A stretch of 61,422 nt of DNA from Phycisphaerae bacterium (GCA_016929245.1 JAFGJE010000042.1:1-61422), one strand, 5' to 3'; shown: positions 29,167 to 40,390, counted from the first letter of the stretch. The notes: generated from the sequence alone by a model not told the origin. Translations and numbers: made by a program.

Positions 29167-31599
29167 TTATACCATTTCATACCAATAAAAGGCCGCCGAG
29201 CGCGCTTCAGGCAGATTCACGCGCAGGCCTTTTACCCGCATGTCCTTTCCGGACGGATTCAGGCGTAGCTTCCCATTCGAGGAGCGAATCTTATATCGCG
29301 CGTTGTCCCGCAGATCAAAAAGTTTCAGATCCGCGAAGGGATACGGGCATCGCTCGCGGCGATAGACCACGACCGCGCCGCGGTTTTCCTTCGGCAGGTG
29401 AAGCTGATAGGCCATGTATACGTCTTCCGCGAGGCTGTGACTGGTTAAGGGATAGAAATCGCCGTAATGGTAAGGGCGCAGGTCGAACGCTTCCCGCATC
29501 CGGTCGCGCAGCCATTCGATGGGGAACGTTTTTCCCTCCACGCCGTTGTGGCTGGAGACGAATCCGCTCGCGACGGCGCTTTGCGCGTCGTAAGTGTCGC
29601 CGCCCTTGATCGCGCCGGTGCTGTGCAGCGGAATCCACCGCGACAATCCCAGGTGCTGCGCCTGCGTGCCGACGGGATCGTACGCCGGACTGCACTGCAG
29701 GTCGCTCTGCCAGAGCGGAACGCTCCGTAAGGTCGTTTCCAGGTCGATTCGCCTGCCGCCGCTGCAGCAGTTGTCGATGATCAATCCCGGATGCCGCCGG
29801 AGCAATTCGTCCCAGAACGCGTACAGGCCTTCAATGTGGCGGATTTCCGACATGCCGACGCGGTCGGGTTTGTCCACCTTCCGCCAGTAGGGCAGCGGGT
29901 CGATGTTCGAGTCGTGCCGGTACAGGTCGATCCCTTCCTCGGCGATCATGTTCGAGATCGTGTCGGTGACCCACCGGCGGGCGCGGGGATTTCCGAAGTC
30001 CACCAGCCGGGTGTCATTTCCGCCCAGGCGAATCTGCCAGCCGGGATGCGCGCGATCCAGATCGCTTCCGCGGATCGACCGTTCCGGATCGAACCACAGC
30101 AGCAGTTTCTTGCCCAGCGTGTGCAGATGATCCCTCAGCGGACGCAGGCCGTTGGGATACAGTTTGCGGTTCAAACGCCAGTTGCCGGCCTCCTTCACCC
30201 AGTCGCTCATTTCCACGCAGTCGCCGTACCAGCCGGCGTCGATCCAGAAATAATCATACGGAACCTTGTATTTCCGGAGTCGTTCGATTTTTTTGAAATG
30301 CACCTCCTCCGCGACCATTCCCCAGTTGCCGACGGAAATGGGCGAAAGGAGTTGCTTTCCGTTCGGACACGGCGTGTAGTGCTTCAGGATCAACCGACGC
30401 AATAGATTCTGCGCCCGCGTGCGCTCGCCGCGCCAGAACATCATCAGAATGCGCGGCGTGCGGATCGATTCTCCGGGGTGCAGGCGCAGGCGCGTTGTTT
30501 CCATCCCCGCCGTGACGCGCACAGAGGTTTTTTCGTCCCTCCGGAACGTCGCCGCCCATTGTCCGCTCCAGCCGACGGCGAGGATCACGCCGCTTTCCTG
30601 GGCTTGCAGGTTCATAAAGGGAAGGCTTCGCGTGGACGATCTTCCTTGCGTGCCGGAGAGTTGAAATTGCCGATTCGGCGAAAGCGGCGTTTCGAGGGGA
30701 GCGAAATCGTCCACCGCGCAGTCGCTGCCCCTGGCGTGAAAGAGGGTGAATTCCTCCTCCCTGCCCGCCCGGGCGAAGGCGGCGTCCAGCGCCTGGATCT
30801 GCCGAAGGAGGGGCGTGTCCTTTTTACCGCGATTCTCGAAATGCAGCATCCACTCGACGGCGGGGAAATCGTTGTAGACGATCGCGTCGCACCGGATATG
30901 CAGGCGCGTTTTGGGATCGTCGAACGTCAGCGTGCAGGCGGTTCGATGTTTGTCGAGTGTTTTTCGCGTACAACGTCGTTTCCAGCCGCGAAGGAACGAA
31001 TCGCTTGTGGCGTTTCCATAGACGAAGGAAAACGGCGGGGAGGATTGTTTCCCGATGTGCAACCCGGACGCGGGCAGCGTGTCCAGCCGGACGCATCGGC
31101 CGTCCCGGAGCACCGCGCGGGCGTCGGCCCAGTCGGCGTGGCTGAAATCGGGGGAACCGACGACTTCCAAAATAAAATTTGCGGCGCCGTGCAAGGGAAC
31201 GCGAATTTCACGCGGTTCTTCCCCTCCGTGGAACGGTCCGAAGCGCCGGTCTTTCCGGCCGTTCACTTTGACGATAAAGGTCATGTCCGTCCGCTGGTTG
31301 GCGACGGCGGGGTTCTGGTCCCGCCCGATCCGGGCGAGAAATTGTTTTCCCGGCGCGGGTAGCGTCACCGTCATGCGGAACGGCGCATGCACCGCCAGCC
31401 CGCGGCGAAAGGTGCGCCGGCCGATCGTCATGGGGCCGTTTTCGATGGACGCGTTCCGCGTCAACCTGCCCCAGCCGTGCCGTTGCACCTCCAGGCTGCC
31501 GATCGCGGAATCACCTTGAGAATGTTGATTCGATATGCCGAAGGCTTTTTTCAACCAGTCGGCCCGGAAAGCAAATTCTTCGCGCGTGGGTTTGTTCAT
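29167..31599 (-). CDS. GH36 alpha-galactosidase with N-terminal NPCBM domain
   Basis: GLAVHA and HADWADA (NPCBM); WIDAGWY, LLWFDPE and IDNCCSGGRRID (GH36). Confidence 0.85.
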   Translation of the reverse strand: MNKPTREEFAFRADWLKKAFGISNQHSQGDSAIGSLEVQRHGWGRLTRNASIENGPMTIGRRTFRRGLAVHAPFRMTVTLPAPGKQFLARIGRDQNPAVANQRTDMTFIVKVNGRKDRRFGPFHGGEEPREIRVPLHGAANFILEVVGSPDFSHADWADARAVLRDGRCVRLDTLPASGLHIGKQSSPPFSFVYGNATSDSFLRGWKRRCTRKTLDKHRTACTLTFDDPKTRLHIRCDAIVYNDFPAVEWMLHFENRGKKDTPLLRQIQALDAAFARAGREEEFTLFHARGSDCAVDDFAPLETPLSPNRQFQLSGTQGRSSTRSLPFMNLQAQESGVILAVGWSGQWAATFRRDEKTSVRVTAGMETTRLRLHPGESIRTPRILMMFWRGERTRAQNLLRRLILKHYTPCPNGKQLLSPISVGNWGMVAEEVHFKKIERLRKYKVPYDYFWIDAGWYGDCVEMSDWVKEAGNWRLNRKLYPNGLRPLRDHLHTLGKKLLLWFDPERSIRGSDLDRAHPGWQIRLGGNDTRLVDFGNPRARRWVTDTISNMIAEEGIDLYRHDSNIDPLPYWRKVDKPDRVGMSEIRHIEGLYAFWDELLRRHPGLIIDNCCSGGRRIDLETTLRSVPLWQSDLQCSPAYDPVGTQAQHLGLSRWIPLHSTGAIKGGDTYDAQSAVASGFVSSHNGVEGKTFPIEWLRDRMREAFDLRPYHYGDFYPLTSHSLAEDVYMAYQLHLPKENRGAVVVYRRERCPYPFADLKLFDLRDNARYKIRSSNGKLRLNPSGKDMRVKGLRVNLPEARSAAFYWYEMV

Positions 31600-31609
31600 G
31601 TCCGTTCTC

Positions 31610-34600
31610 TCAACTCACATAGTCTATCTTCTTCAACATCGTGTTGAATTTCTTCGGAAGCGGTTTAACCGGTCCTTTGGCGAGTCTCGCGGCGTAGTTG
31701 ATCATATTCAGCAGCAGCCGGTCGGCGGCTGGGTGCGCATCGACGTTTTCCAGGATGTTCAGCGAATTCGTGATGAATTTTCCCTTCCCGAAGGGGTATT
31801 GAGCCATCATCACGCCCGATGCGTATCCACCAGGACAGCAGTAACCGGTGGCGAAGGCGGCGACGATCACGTCTTCGGGTTCGTCCTGCTTCTCGAACAG
31901 CGCGCGGGAAATGACCGGACCGTAGTACTCCCAATCCATGATTCCCTTCGCCTGCAGGCCTTCAAAAATCGGATGGGCTTTCGCGACGCATTCCTTGTGA
32001 TACAACCAGTCGCCGAACTGGTAGACGCGTCCTTTGTTTTCCAGCGGCAGCCAACCCAGCGCCTGCCGGCCGGCCTTCAGGGCGGTGTCCTCCAGGACGA
32101 CGTTTCCCTTCGCGTCGAATATTCGCACGCGGCTGACGGAAGGCGCGTTGATTTTCCCGAAGCAGAAACGGATGTCGATCTTTCCCTTCGATGCGGAAAC
32201 GTTGAATGTCTTCAGGACGGCTCGATGAGGCCCGCCGGCTTCGGCGAGAATGTCGAAATCCCGCAGGACGTGCCGGTCGTTGATCTTCACGTCAAACAAT
32301 CGCTGGTCTTTGGCGTTGCAGAAACCTTCGCACATGCCCAGTTCGACTTCGTACTCTCCCCGCGGCAGGTCGGACAAGGCGTAATGAATGCTGCCGTAGA
32401 ATTCCTTGGAGAAGACAGCCTCTTCTTCTTTCGGCACGTTCGGCACGTCGAATTCCCGCCAGGAGACACCGTAATTTCCCCACAATCCACCGCCGCTTTT
32501 TCGCTCGAAGGTTCCGAGTTTCGCCTGGGCGGACGTGTTGGTGAACGCCCTGGGCGATAAAAAGACCGCGACGCTTCCCCGGGCGAGCTTCTCCGCCAGC
32601 ACGCGCCAACCATCCGTGTCCTTGTTCAGGGCGATGGAATCGCCGACGAGAATCACTTCACGGTTCTTCGATTTCGTCCTGCCGAACGGCTTGCGCTTGA
32701 CGCCTTGTTTCGTGAGCCATTTCTCAATATTGGAATCCAGGCCCCAGATCGCAATCGCGAATTTCACCTTCGGAAGGTCGGCCGGGTCGGCGATGTGGAA
32801 TTTCAGCTTACCGCCGAACGGCGCTCCGCCGCGTTCCATGTACGCGCCGAACTCATACTCACCCGCCGGACCGCTCAGCTTCACCTCGCCGCAAAAGACG
32901 CTTACCGCCAGCGGCCCGTCCCGGCCGTCGGAAACGGCGGGGATATTCGCGGTGACTTTCTTCTCCCAGATCGTTCCGGATTTCCCGCTGACGCGCAGCG
33001 TCACGGGATATTCGCCCGGCGGGAGCGCGTCTTCATTGGCGAGGACGGCTTCGAGCTTGAATTTCCGTCCGGAATATCCGTGCGTCGGATCGACGAACAG
33101 GCACCATCGCAGCGGCGCCCAGCCGTCACACAGCGCTTCGGCGGCGCCGGGTTTCCATTCCCGGAAAAACGTCCATAAGCCTTCGCCCGTAATCGCGTGA
33201 TCGAGCATACCCGTCAAGTTGAATCCGCAGATCTTCGGATTCGAGCGGATCAGGTCGAAACCCAACAACCGCCGGCGGATGTGCAGCCGTTGACTGTCCT
33301 GCAGCATGTCTTGCAGGAAGGGATAAACGCCGTCAAATCCCCAGCGTTTCCAGTCCGCCTGGAGTTTTTCCGCTATGGAACGAAACAGCTTCACGTCGGA
33401 CAAGTCCTCTCGCGCGTGCATCTGCTCGTACCAGCGACAGCCGCGAACCACGTCCAGCAGGCTGCCCACGCCGTATTCCGAGAGGAACACCGGCTTGGTG
33501 TCCCTGCCGAGGTTCCGCAGGAAATCGATCGTCATCGGCGGATGCGGCGTGCCGGGGTAGACATGCACGTCGCCGGCGTATTTGAAGTATCCGCCGTGAT
33601 TGGCGTCGCCGGCGTTGGGTTCGCCCACCGTGTCGGGAGCGTCCTGGCCCCATTCGTATTCCCACGTGTCGCCGCCGGGATTGCTCAACGAGCCGATTTC
33701 AGGATGGCAGTCCCATCGCCCGCTCGACAGCAGCACCAGGCGCGTGTCGTCCAGCTCGCGCACCATCGTCAGCGCGTCGACCGCCCGGCGGAAGACCGGG
33801 CCGTCGGACGTTTCGTTCAGCAGGCCCCAAATCGTGATCGAGGGATGATTGCGGTCGCGCAGGATCATCTCGCGGATCGAACGGTCGAACCTTTCCGCCA
33901 TGCAGGGCGAATCCGCGAGACACCAGCCGGCGAAACATTCTTCGTAGACCATCAAGCCGATTTCATCGCAGAAATCCATCTGCTCCGAATAGCCCATCCC
34001 CGCGATGAAGCGCACGCAGTTGTACCCGGAAGCCTTGGTCATCAGCAGGTCGCGGCGTATCAGATCCGGATCCACCGGCACGAGCTGGCCGACGGGCATG
34101 TGGTTTCCGGTGTGCGTCGAACGCAGAAGGATCCGCCTGCCGTTCAGCCGGAAGTATCCCCGCTCCACGCGAAAATCGCGGAATCCGCAACGGACCATGT
34201 GCTCGTGGGAACCTTTTCCCGTTTCCAGTTTCGCGATCACGCGATAGAGATACGGATCGTCCAGGTTCCACAGGTGCGGCGGATCAACCTTCAGGACATG
34301 TTCATATATGCTTTGGCCGACTGGAAAATCCGATTCGACGCGCAGGGATTTTAGGATATCCCCACCGTTTGCCGGTCCGATGGAAACCGCGAGGCTTCCT
34401 CGAACCGACTCGTTCGTATCGTTTCGCGCCGTCACGGAAATGCGCACGTCCCCCGTTGTAGCGCAAGGCCGGACGAAGACATCCGAAATGCGCACCGCCG
34501 GGACGACGTGCAGCGTGACGTGGGTCGGAATTCCGCCGGCGTTGTACGATCGGCCGGGCTGATACTCTCTCGCTTCTTTGTTGCGGTGCGGGATTTCCGT

Positions 34601-34993
34601 CAGCTTGAACCCGTCGATCGGTTCATCCGTCGGATTCAGCACGCGAACCGCCAGCAGGTTGTCGCCCGACTTGACCGCCGAGGTGATATCCAGCGTGAAA
34701 GGCGTCTCCCCGCCTTCGTGCCCGCCGACGTGCCGGCCGTTGACCCACACGTCGGCAAGGTAATCGACCATGCCGAACGTCAGCAGACACCGTTGCTCCA
34801 CGCCGGCGATTTCCGCGGGACGAAACGTCCGCCAGTACCACGCGACCCCGAAATAATCAGGATACACCTGCTGAATGATCCCCGGCACGGGAGCGCCCCG
34901 GGCGTCGAGGTGAATGGTTCGCTCCCAATGTTCCTCCCGGCCTATATTTTTTGCGTCACGCGCGATACGCCAGGTTCCGTTCAGACATTGCAT
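31610..34993 (-). CDS. GH2 glycoside hydrolase with inserted malectin-like domain
   Basis: HEGGETPF, RDRNHPSITIWGLLNE and PVFLSEYG; RLFDVKIN...DFDILAEAGG (malectin). Confidence 0.87.
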   Translation of the reverse strand: MQCLNGTWRIARDAKNIGREEHWERTIHLDARGAPVPGIIQQVYPDYFGVAWYWRTFRPAEIAGVEQRCLLTFGMVDYLADVWVNGRHVGGHEGGETPFTLDITSAVKSGDNLLAVRVLNPTDEPIDGFKLTEIPHRNKEAREYQPGRSYNAGGIPTHVTLHVVPAVRISDVFVRPCATTGDVRISVTARNDTNESVRGSLAVSIGPANGGDILKSLRVESDFPVGQSIYEHVLKVDPPHLWNLDDPYLYRVIAKLETGKGSHEHMVRCGFRDFRVERGYFRLNGRRILLRSTHTGNHMPVGQLVPVDPDLIRRDLLMTKASGYNCVRFIAGMGYSEQMDFCDEIGLMVYEECFAGWCLADSPCMAERFDRSIREMILRDRNHPSITIWGLLNETSDGPVFRRAVDALTMVRELDDTRLVLLSSGRWDCHPEIGSLSNPGGDTWEYEWGQDAPDTVGEPNAGDANHGGYFKYAGDVHVYPGTPHPPMTIDFLRNLGRDTKPVFLSEYGVGSLLDVVRGCRWYEQMHAREDLSDVKLFRSIAEKLQADWKRWGFDGVYPFLQDMLQDSQRLHIRRRLLGFDLIRSNPKICGFNLTGMLDHAITGEGLWTFFREWKPGAAEALCDGWAPLRWCLFVDPTHGYSGRKFKLEAVLANEDALPPGEYPVTLRVSGKSGTIWEKKVTANIPAVSDGRDGPLAVSVFCGEVKLSGPAGEYEFGAYMERGGAPFGGKLKFHIADPADLPKVKFAIAIWGLDSNIEKWLTKQGVKRKPFGRTKSKNREVILVGDSIALNKDTDGWRVLAEKLARGSVAVFLSPRAFTNTSAQAKLGTFERKSGGGLWGNYGVSWREFDVPNVPKEEEAVFSKEFYGSIHYALSDLPRGEYEVELGMCEGFCNAKDQRLFDVKINDRHVLRDFDILAEAGGPHRAVLKTFNVSASKGKIDIRFCFGKINAPSVSRVRIFDAKGNVVLEDTALKAGRQALGWLPLENKGRVYQFGDWLYHKECVAKAHPIFEGLQAKGIMDWEYYGPVISRALFEKQDEPEDVIVAAFATGYCCPGGYASGVMMAQYPFGKGKFITNSLNILENVDAHPAADRLLLNMINYAARLAKGPVKPLPKKFNTMLKKIDYVS

Positions 34994-35069
34994 ACATGTC
35001 TCCGATTCGAAAGATTTCCTTGCACGTTTTTTTGCACGTGTTACTTAAAGGCATGATGGTTTCGACATG

Positions 35070-36128
35070 TTATCGCCGCACGCGTCCGCCGCCGGCGCCC
35101 TGAACAAGAGTCTGGACTTCCGCTTCGGAAACCAGCGCGAAATCGCCGGGGATCGTGTGTTTCAGGCAGGCGCAGGCGGCCGCGAATTCCACGCCTTCGC
35201 TGACGGGCATGTTTTTTTGAAACGCGTAAATCAATCCTGCCGTCAGGGCGTCCCCGCCGCCGACGCGGTCCACCACGTGAATCGTATACTCCCGGCTGAT
35301 GCAACAGGTTTCACCGTCGAAAAGCATCGCGGCGATGGTCGTTTCCGAGGCGCTGTCGCCGGAGCGCAACGTGACGGCCACCTGCTTCAGGTTGTAACGG
35401 CGATGCAGGTCCCGTGCGACCGCTTCGGCGCGGGCTGGTTCCGATGCGCCTTGCTCCGGTTCCGCGGCGCCGAGGATCAAACGGCCATGCTCTTCGTTGG
35501 CGATTAACACGTCCACGGAATCCATCAGCGGACAGAGCACTTCCCGCGCCCGTGCGACAGGCCACATTTGGCTTCGATAATTCACGTCGCAACTGACGGT
35601 CAAGCCGAAATCCTTGGCGGCGGCGCAGGCTTCGCGGACGACGGCCGGGAGGTGCTCGCCCAGCGCGGGCGCCGTTCCACATACGTGAAACCAACTCTTT
35701 CCGGGGAGAATTCTCTTCCAGTCGATATCGCCGGGACGCAGTTCGGCGAACGAACTACCCGCCCGATCATACACAACCTTGGAGGATCGCTGCGACGCGC
35801 CGGTTTCGACATACAAAAGCCCCAACCGATTGCCCCGGCGAAGTACATAATCCGTATTCGGCCCGAACTGGCGAATAAATCCAAGGCACGCCAGGCCGAT
35901 CTCGTGATCCGGTACAGCCGAGACCACGTGCGTCGGAACCCCCAGGCCCGACAAACAAACCGCGACGTTCGCTTCCGCGCCGGTATACCCCGCGACGTAC
36001 TCGCGCGCCTGGACGAATCGCTCGTGTCGCTTCGTGTCCAGCCGAAGCAGCAATTCCCCGAAGCAAACCACGCCGCCGTTTTTCCGACTGACCTTTGGTT
36101 TGTTCGATGTCGTTCGTTTTGCCATCAT
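35070..36128 (-). CDS. kdgK: 2-dehydro-3-deoxygluconokinase (PfkB family)
   Basis: FGELLLRL, GAEANVA, VVYDRAGS, DVNYR and DRVGGGD; adjacent to eda. Confidence 0.85.
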   Translation of the reverse strand: MMAKRTTSNKPKVSRKNGGVVCFGELLLRLDTKRHERFVQAREYVAGYTGAEANVAVCLSGLGVPTHVVSAVPDHEIGLACLGFIRQFGPNTDYVLRRGNRLGLLYVETGASQRSSKVVYDRAGSSFAELRPGDIDWKRILPGKSWFHVCGTAPALGEHLPAVVREACAAAKDFGLTVSCDVNYRSQMWPVARAREVLCPLMDSVDVLIANEEHGRLILGAAEPEQGASEPARAEAVARDLHRRYNLKQVAVTLRSGDSASETTIAAMLFDGETCCISREYTIHVVDRVGGGDALTAGLIYAFQKNMPVSEGVEFAAACACLKHTIPGDFALVSEAEVQTLVQGAGGGRVRR

Positions 36129-36152
36129 GAAACACTCCCGGATCGGTTGAGT

Positions 36153-36800
36153 TTATGTCCCGCGGAAATCCCGGACGGCTTGGACGTACTGTTTCGCGAT
36201 CTTCGTGATCCCCTCGAACCTGCCCCTCGCGAAGCCTTCGGCGTCCATGTTCTGCCCCGCGAGAGTGACGACCTTCGCGCCGGCGGTGAAATACTCTTTC
36301 ATCACGTCGGTCGTGATCCCGCCGCACGCGGCGAGGAATTTCACCCGCGGGAACGGCGCGATAAGGTCCGCGAAGTAGGCCATGTTCACATTGGACGGGA
36401 AAACCTTGATCAAGTCCACGCCGAATCGCAGCGCCTCCATGATTTCCGTGGGCGTCACCGCGCCGGGCACGACCGGCACGCCGTAGCGATGTCCGACTTC
36501 GATGACCTCCGTCGCCAGGCCGGGCGAGACGAGAAACTGCGCGCCGGCGAGAATCGCCGCCCGCGCCGTTTCGGCGTCGAGCACGGTTCCCGCGCCCAGC
36601 AGCGCCTCGGCAGGCAGTTCCGCGCGTCCTTTTTCGATCAGCTTCAGCGCCCCGGGCATGGTCATGGTGTATTCCACCACGTCCAGGCCGCCTTCGATCA
36701 ACGCCAGACTCGCGGGAATCAGGTTCTCCACCAGGTCCGTCCGGAACACCGGCAGCACGCCGCGGTCGATCACACGTTGCACGATTTGATTTTTTTCCAT
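36153..36800 (-). CDS. eda: KDPG/KHG aldolase
   Basis: GAGTVLD, GAQFLVSP, PGAVTPTEI and IKVFP. Confidence 0.88.
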   Translation of the reverse strand: MEKNQIVQRVIDRGVLPVFRTDLVENLIPASLALIEGGLDVVEYTMTMPGALKLIEKGRAELPAEALLGAGTVLDAETARAAILAGAQFLVSPGLATEVIEVGHRYGVPVVPGAVTPTEIMEALRFGVDLIKVFPSNVNMAYFADLIAPFPRVKFLAACGGITTDVMKEYFTAGAKVVTLAGQNMDAEGFARGRFEGITKIAKQYVQAVRDFRGT

Positions 36801-36827
36801 GATTCTCTCGATTCAACGCCGAAAATG

Positions 36828-37919
36828 TTACCGATTCGCCAATTCGGAATTCACTTCCCCCAAATCCAGTCCGTACGTCTCCGCGATCTCGGTGAGACTC
36901 TTGATGATGTCCTCCGTCAGCGGAATGCCGTTGGCTTCGTAATCTACCCGCTTGTCCCATTCCATTTCCCCGGGCAGGTAAATCCGCTCGGATCCCTTGG
37001 CCTTGGGCGCCCGACGAATGGAGCGGATCATGTCGTCCGCGCGACGGCGATACACGTCCATCGGTGCGATCACGCCGACGTTGATTGCGATAAACGCATG
37101 TCCATGCCCGGTGGGCCGTTCGGTTTTATCGAACAGCCAACTGCCGACTTCCGTCAGACAATTCGCACCGCTGACCAGCGCAGAGAGCGTTTCAATCATC
37201 AGCGCCAAACCGTATCCCTTATGTCCCGCCATCGGCAGCAGCGACGCGGAGTGCGGATACACGCTCGTGTCGGTCGTCGGAATCCCCTCACCGTCCACGA
37301 TCCAGTTGTCGGGAATGCCCTTGCCCCGCGCCAAGGCCTGGTAAATTTTACTTCCCGCGACGGTGCTCATCGCGACGTCCAGGAGGATCGGTTTTTCCTC
37401 GCCGGCGGGAATCGCCACCGCCAGCGGATTCGTGCCCGTGATGTGACTCCGCGCGCCCGGGGCGGTCATGCTCGGAATGTCGTTGCTCATCGACAGGCCG
37501 ATCATGCCTTCCTCGGCCGCCATCAGGGCGTAGAATCCCGCGGCCCCGAAGTGGCAACTGTTCCGCGCACCCGCGTAAGCAATGCCGACCTGCCCGGCTT
37601 TGTCGATGGCGGTTTGCATCGCCAGATACGCCGACGGCATGGCCATTCCGTTGTGCCCGTCCACAATCGCCCAGCCCGGACCTTCCGAAACGATTTCCGG
37701 CCTGGCGTGGGGATCGAGTCCTTTCGTCGCGATGCGTTTGAGATAGTTGTGCAGGTTTCGCACGCCGTGCGTGGAGACGCCCATCAGATCGGTCGTCACC
37801 AGAACCTTCGTCGTGATTTCGGCCGCGTCTCGCCCCATACCCGCTTCCATGAGGGCCTGGACGCAAAATGCCGATAAATCACTCGCCGAAACGCGAATCG
37901 GATTTTTCTGTTCCGCCAT
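36828..37919 (-). CDS. Ldh_2 family oxidoreductase (malate/L-lactate/sulfolactate dehydrogenase type)
   Basis: GVSTHG, NSCHFGAAG, GTNPLA, LDVAMS, GHKGYGL and YLPGE; alternative GTG start at 37997. Confidence 0.88.
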   Translation of the reverse strand: MAEQKNPIRVSASDLSAFCVQALMEAGMGRDAAEITTKVLVTTDLMGVSTHGVRNLHNYLKRIATKGLDPHARPEIVSEGPGWAIVDGHNGMAMPSAYLAMQTAIDKAGQVGIAYAGARNSCHFGAAGFYALMAAEEGMIGLSMSNDIPSMTAPGARSHITGTNPLAVAIPAGEEKPILLDVAMSTVAGSKIYQALARGKGIPDNWIVDGEGIPTTDTSVYPHSASLLPMAGHKGYGLALMIETLSALVSGANCLTEVGSWLFDKTERPTGHGHAFIAINVGVIAPMDVYRRRADDMIRSIRRAPKAKGSERIYLPGEMEWDKRVDYEANGIPLTEDIIKSLTEIAETYGLDLGEVNSELANR

Positions 37920-37993
37920 GTGTGTGTCTTTCTGATCTGTGGACGCGATATACGTCGCCAAGGTTGGTCTCTCTGTCCGGATGGGAATCGTTG

Positions 37994-40378
37994 TCACGAT
38001 TTTGGTTTGATTCGCCCCAGCGTCTCGCCCAGCGCGACGACGGTGTCCACCCCGGCGGTGATTTCCACCAGCGTGCCGTCGCGCGGGGCTTCCACCTCCA
38101 GAACTGCTTTGTCGGTTTCCACCTCCACCACGCAGTCGCCCTTCACGAAACTCTCGCCCACCCGCCTGACCCAGCGGACGACTTTCGCCTCGGTGATCGT
38201 CAAATCCACGTTGGGCATCAGCAACGGAATCGTGCCGTTCGTGGGGGCGGGTTTTGGCGTCGTGGATATCACAGCCGTGGATTTGGTTGTCGGCGGGGGC
38301 GTCGTAGGAACGGCGGTGATCGGTGAAACCGATGTCGCAGTTTGGCCGGTGACTTTGATTCGATACGGTACAGGAGCGATGCCGGTGATGACGTTCTCCA
38401 CACCGGCGATGATTTTGTTCGCGTCGACGCGCATGGCGTCTTCCAGAACCGTGGCGAAGGGATACGGCACGGGCTCGAAGTTCAGCCGCCCGATCGGCGC
38501 GTCGAGTTCGTCGAACGCCAGTTCCATCATGGCGGCTGTCAGCTCCGCGCCCACGCCGAACGGCGCCCAGTCCTCGTCCACGATCAACAGGCGATGCGTT
38601 TTGGCGAGACTCGCGGCGACCGTGTCCACATCGAGCGGCATGATGGTTCGCAGGTCGATCACTTCACAGGAGATGCATCGCCCCTGAAGCAGTTCCGCGG
38701 CCTCCAGGCAGCGATGCACCATCAGGCTGCACGCGACCAGCGTCATGTCAGCGCCTTCGCGTACAATTCTCGCTTTTCCAAAAGGTACGAGGGCGTCGCC
38801 ATCGGGCACGTCGCCTTTGGTCGAAAAGAGCACCTTGTGCTCCATGAACAGCACGGGATCGGACGCGCGAAGGGCGTTTTTCATCATGCCCTTGGCGTCG
38901 GCGGGGGTGGAGGGAACCGCGACGATCAGGCCCGGAACATGGCTCCACATCGAGTAATACGCGCCGCTGTGATGCGCCCCGGAATTTTTCACCACGCCGA
39001 TCGGCGCCCGCAGCACCATCGGAACGGACACTTTCCCGTTGCTGAGGTATCGCAGTTTCGTCGCCTGGTGGACGATCTGGCTGCCGGCCTCGAAAAGAAA
39101 ATCCGCGAACATCAAATCCGCGATCGCCCGGCAGCCGGTCGCCGACGCGCCGACGGACGCGCCGGTAAACGCCAGTTCGGAAATCGGCGTGTCGATCACC
39201 CTTTCGCCGCCGAATTCCTGCCAGAGGTTTTTCGTGTGCGCGAAACACCCGCCCCGCTCGCCCACGCCTTCGCCCAGGTAGACGATGTTCGGATCGCGGC
39301 GCATCTCCTCGGCGATCCCGTCGCGCACGGCTTCGATCCAGTTTTGTGTCTTCGTCGCCGACGTCGTGACCGCCGGTGTGGGGGGATTCAGCGGCGTCGC
39401 CAGCAGGTAATCGTGCAGCGTCGCGGGATCGGGATGTGGCGAGGCTTCGGCGAACTCGACCGCCTCCGCCACTTCCTTGCGAACGGATTCCTCGACGGCG
39501 TTGAGTTCCCCCGCGGTGGCGATTTTCTCTTTCAGCAGCAGGGATCGAAACGCCCGCACGGCGTCGCGCTTCCGCCAGGATTCCACTTCGTCCATCGTGC
39601 GATAGTGCCCGGCGATGGGTTCGCCCTCGCCGTGGCCGCAGAGACGGTAGGTTTTGAGCTCCAGAAAGGTCGGTCCTTCGCCGCGTCGTGCGCGATCCAC
39701 GGCGTCTTTGGCCGCCTGCCAGACGGCCAATACGTCATACCCTTCCACCGCCTGACCCGATACGCCCAGGCCTACCGCGCGTTGGTAGATATCCGTCTCA
39801 ACCGTCGCGACGGAAATCGGCGTGGACGTGGCGTAGAGATTGTTTTCGCAGACGAACACGACGGGCAGCTTCCGCGCCCCGGCGAAGTTGATGCTCTCCA
39901 GCACCGCGCCGTGATTGGACGCGCCGTCGCCGAAGAACGCGACGGCGACGTTGTCCGTGCCGCGGAGTTTGGCGCTCAAGGCCGCTCCCGTCGCCAACGG
40001 CGCGCCGGCGGCGACGATCCCGTTGGTGCCCAGCAAGCCCGCCTCCGGCGCGATGACATGCATACTCCCGCCCCGCCCGCCGCCGGGACCGTCCGCCCGA
40101 CCGTTCAGTTCCGCCAGCAGGTTCTTCGCGGGAACTCCCTTCGCCAGCGCGTGTCCGTCGCCGCGATGCGTCGAGGCGACCCAGTCGTCCCGCCGCAGAT
40201 GGGCGCACACGCCGACGGCGGAGGCTTCCTCGCCGACGTACATGTGCACGAACCCCGGCAAGCGGCTGTCGCGGTAGAGTTCCTGCACCGTCTCCTCGAA
40301 GCGTCGCACGAGATACAATTTCTCATACAACCCCAGGAGTCGCGGTTTGTCGAGTTCTTTCGGGATGCGGGACATCAA
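37994..40378 (-). CDS. Fused ThDP-dependent 2-oxoacid/acetoin dehydrogenase E1 alpha+beta with C-terminal lipoyl domain
   Basis: GFVHMYVGEE; GDGA..CENN (ThDP motif); DTPISE and EVIDLRT (beta subunit); VETDKA (lipoyl lysine). Confidence 0.9.
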   Translation of the reverse strand: MMSRIPKELDKPRLLGLYEKLYLVRRFEETVQELYRDSRLPGFVHMYVGEEASAVGVCAHLRRDDWVASTHRGDGHALAKGVPAKNLLAELNGRADGPGGGRGGSMHVIAPEAGLLGTNGIVAAGAPLATGAALSAKLRGTDNVAVAFFGDGASNHGAVLESINFAGARKLPVVFVCENNLYATSTPISVATVETDIYQRAVGLGVSGQAVEGYDVLAVWQAAKDAVDRARRGEGPTFLELKTYRLCGHGEGEPIAGHYRTMDEVESWRKRDAVRAFRSLLLKEKIATAGELNAVEESVRKEVAEAVEFAEASPHPDPATLHDYLLATPLNPPTPAVTTSATKTQNWIEAVRDGIAEEMRRDPNIVYLGEGVGERGGCFAHTKNLWQEFGGERVIDTPISELAFTGASVGASATGCRAIADLMFADFLFEAGSQIVHQATKLRYLSNGKVSVPMVLRAPIGVVKNSGAHHSGAYYSMWSHVPGLIVAVPSTPADAKGMMKNALRASDPVLFMEHKVLFSTKGDVPDGDALVPFGKARIVREGADMTLVACSLMVHRCLEAAELLQGRCISCEVIDLRTIMPLDVDTVAASLAKTHRLLIVDEDWAPFGVGAELTAAMMELAFDELDAPIGRLNFEPVPYPFATVLEDAMRVDANKIIAGVENVITGIAPVPYRIKVTGQTATSVSPITAVPTTPPPTTKSTAVISTTPKPAPTNGTIPLLMPNVDLTITEAKVVRWVRRVGESFVKGDCVVEVETDKAVLEVEAPRDGTLVEITAGVDTVVALGETLGRIKPKS

Positions 40379-40390
40379 AATATTCTTCTC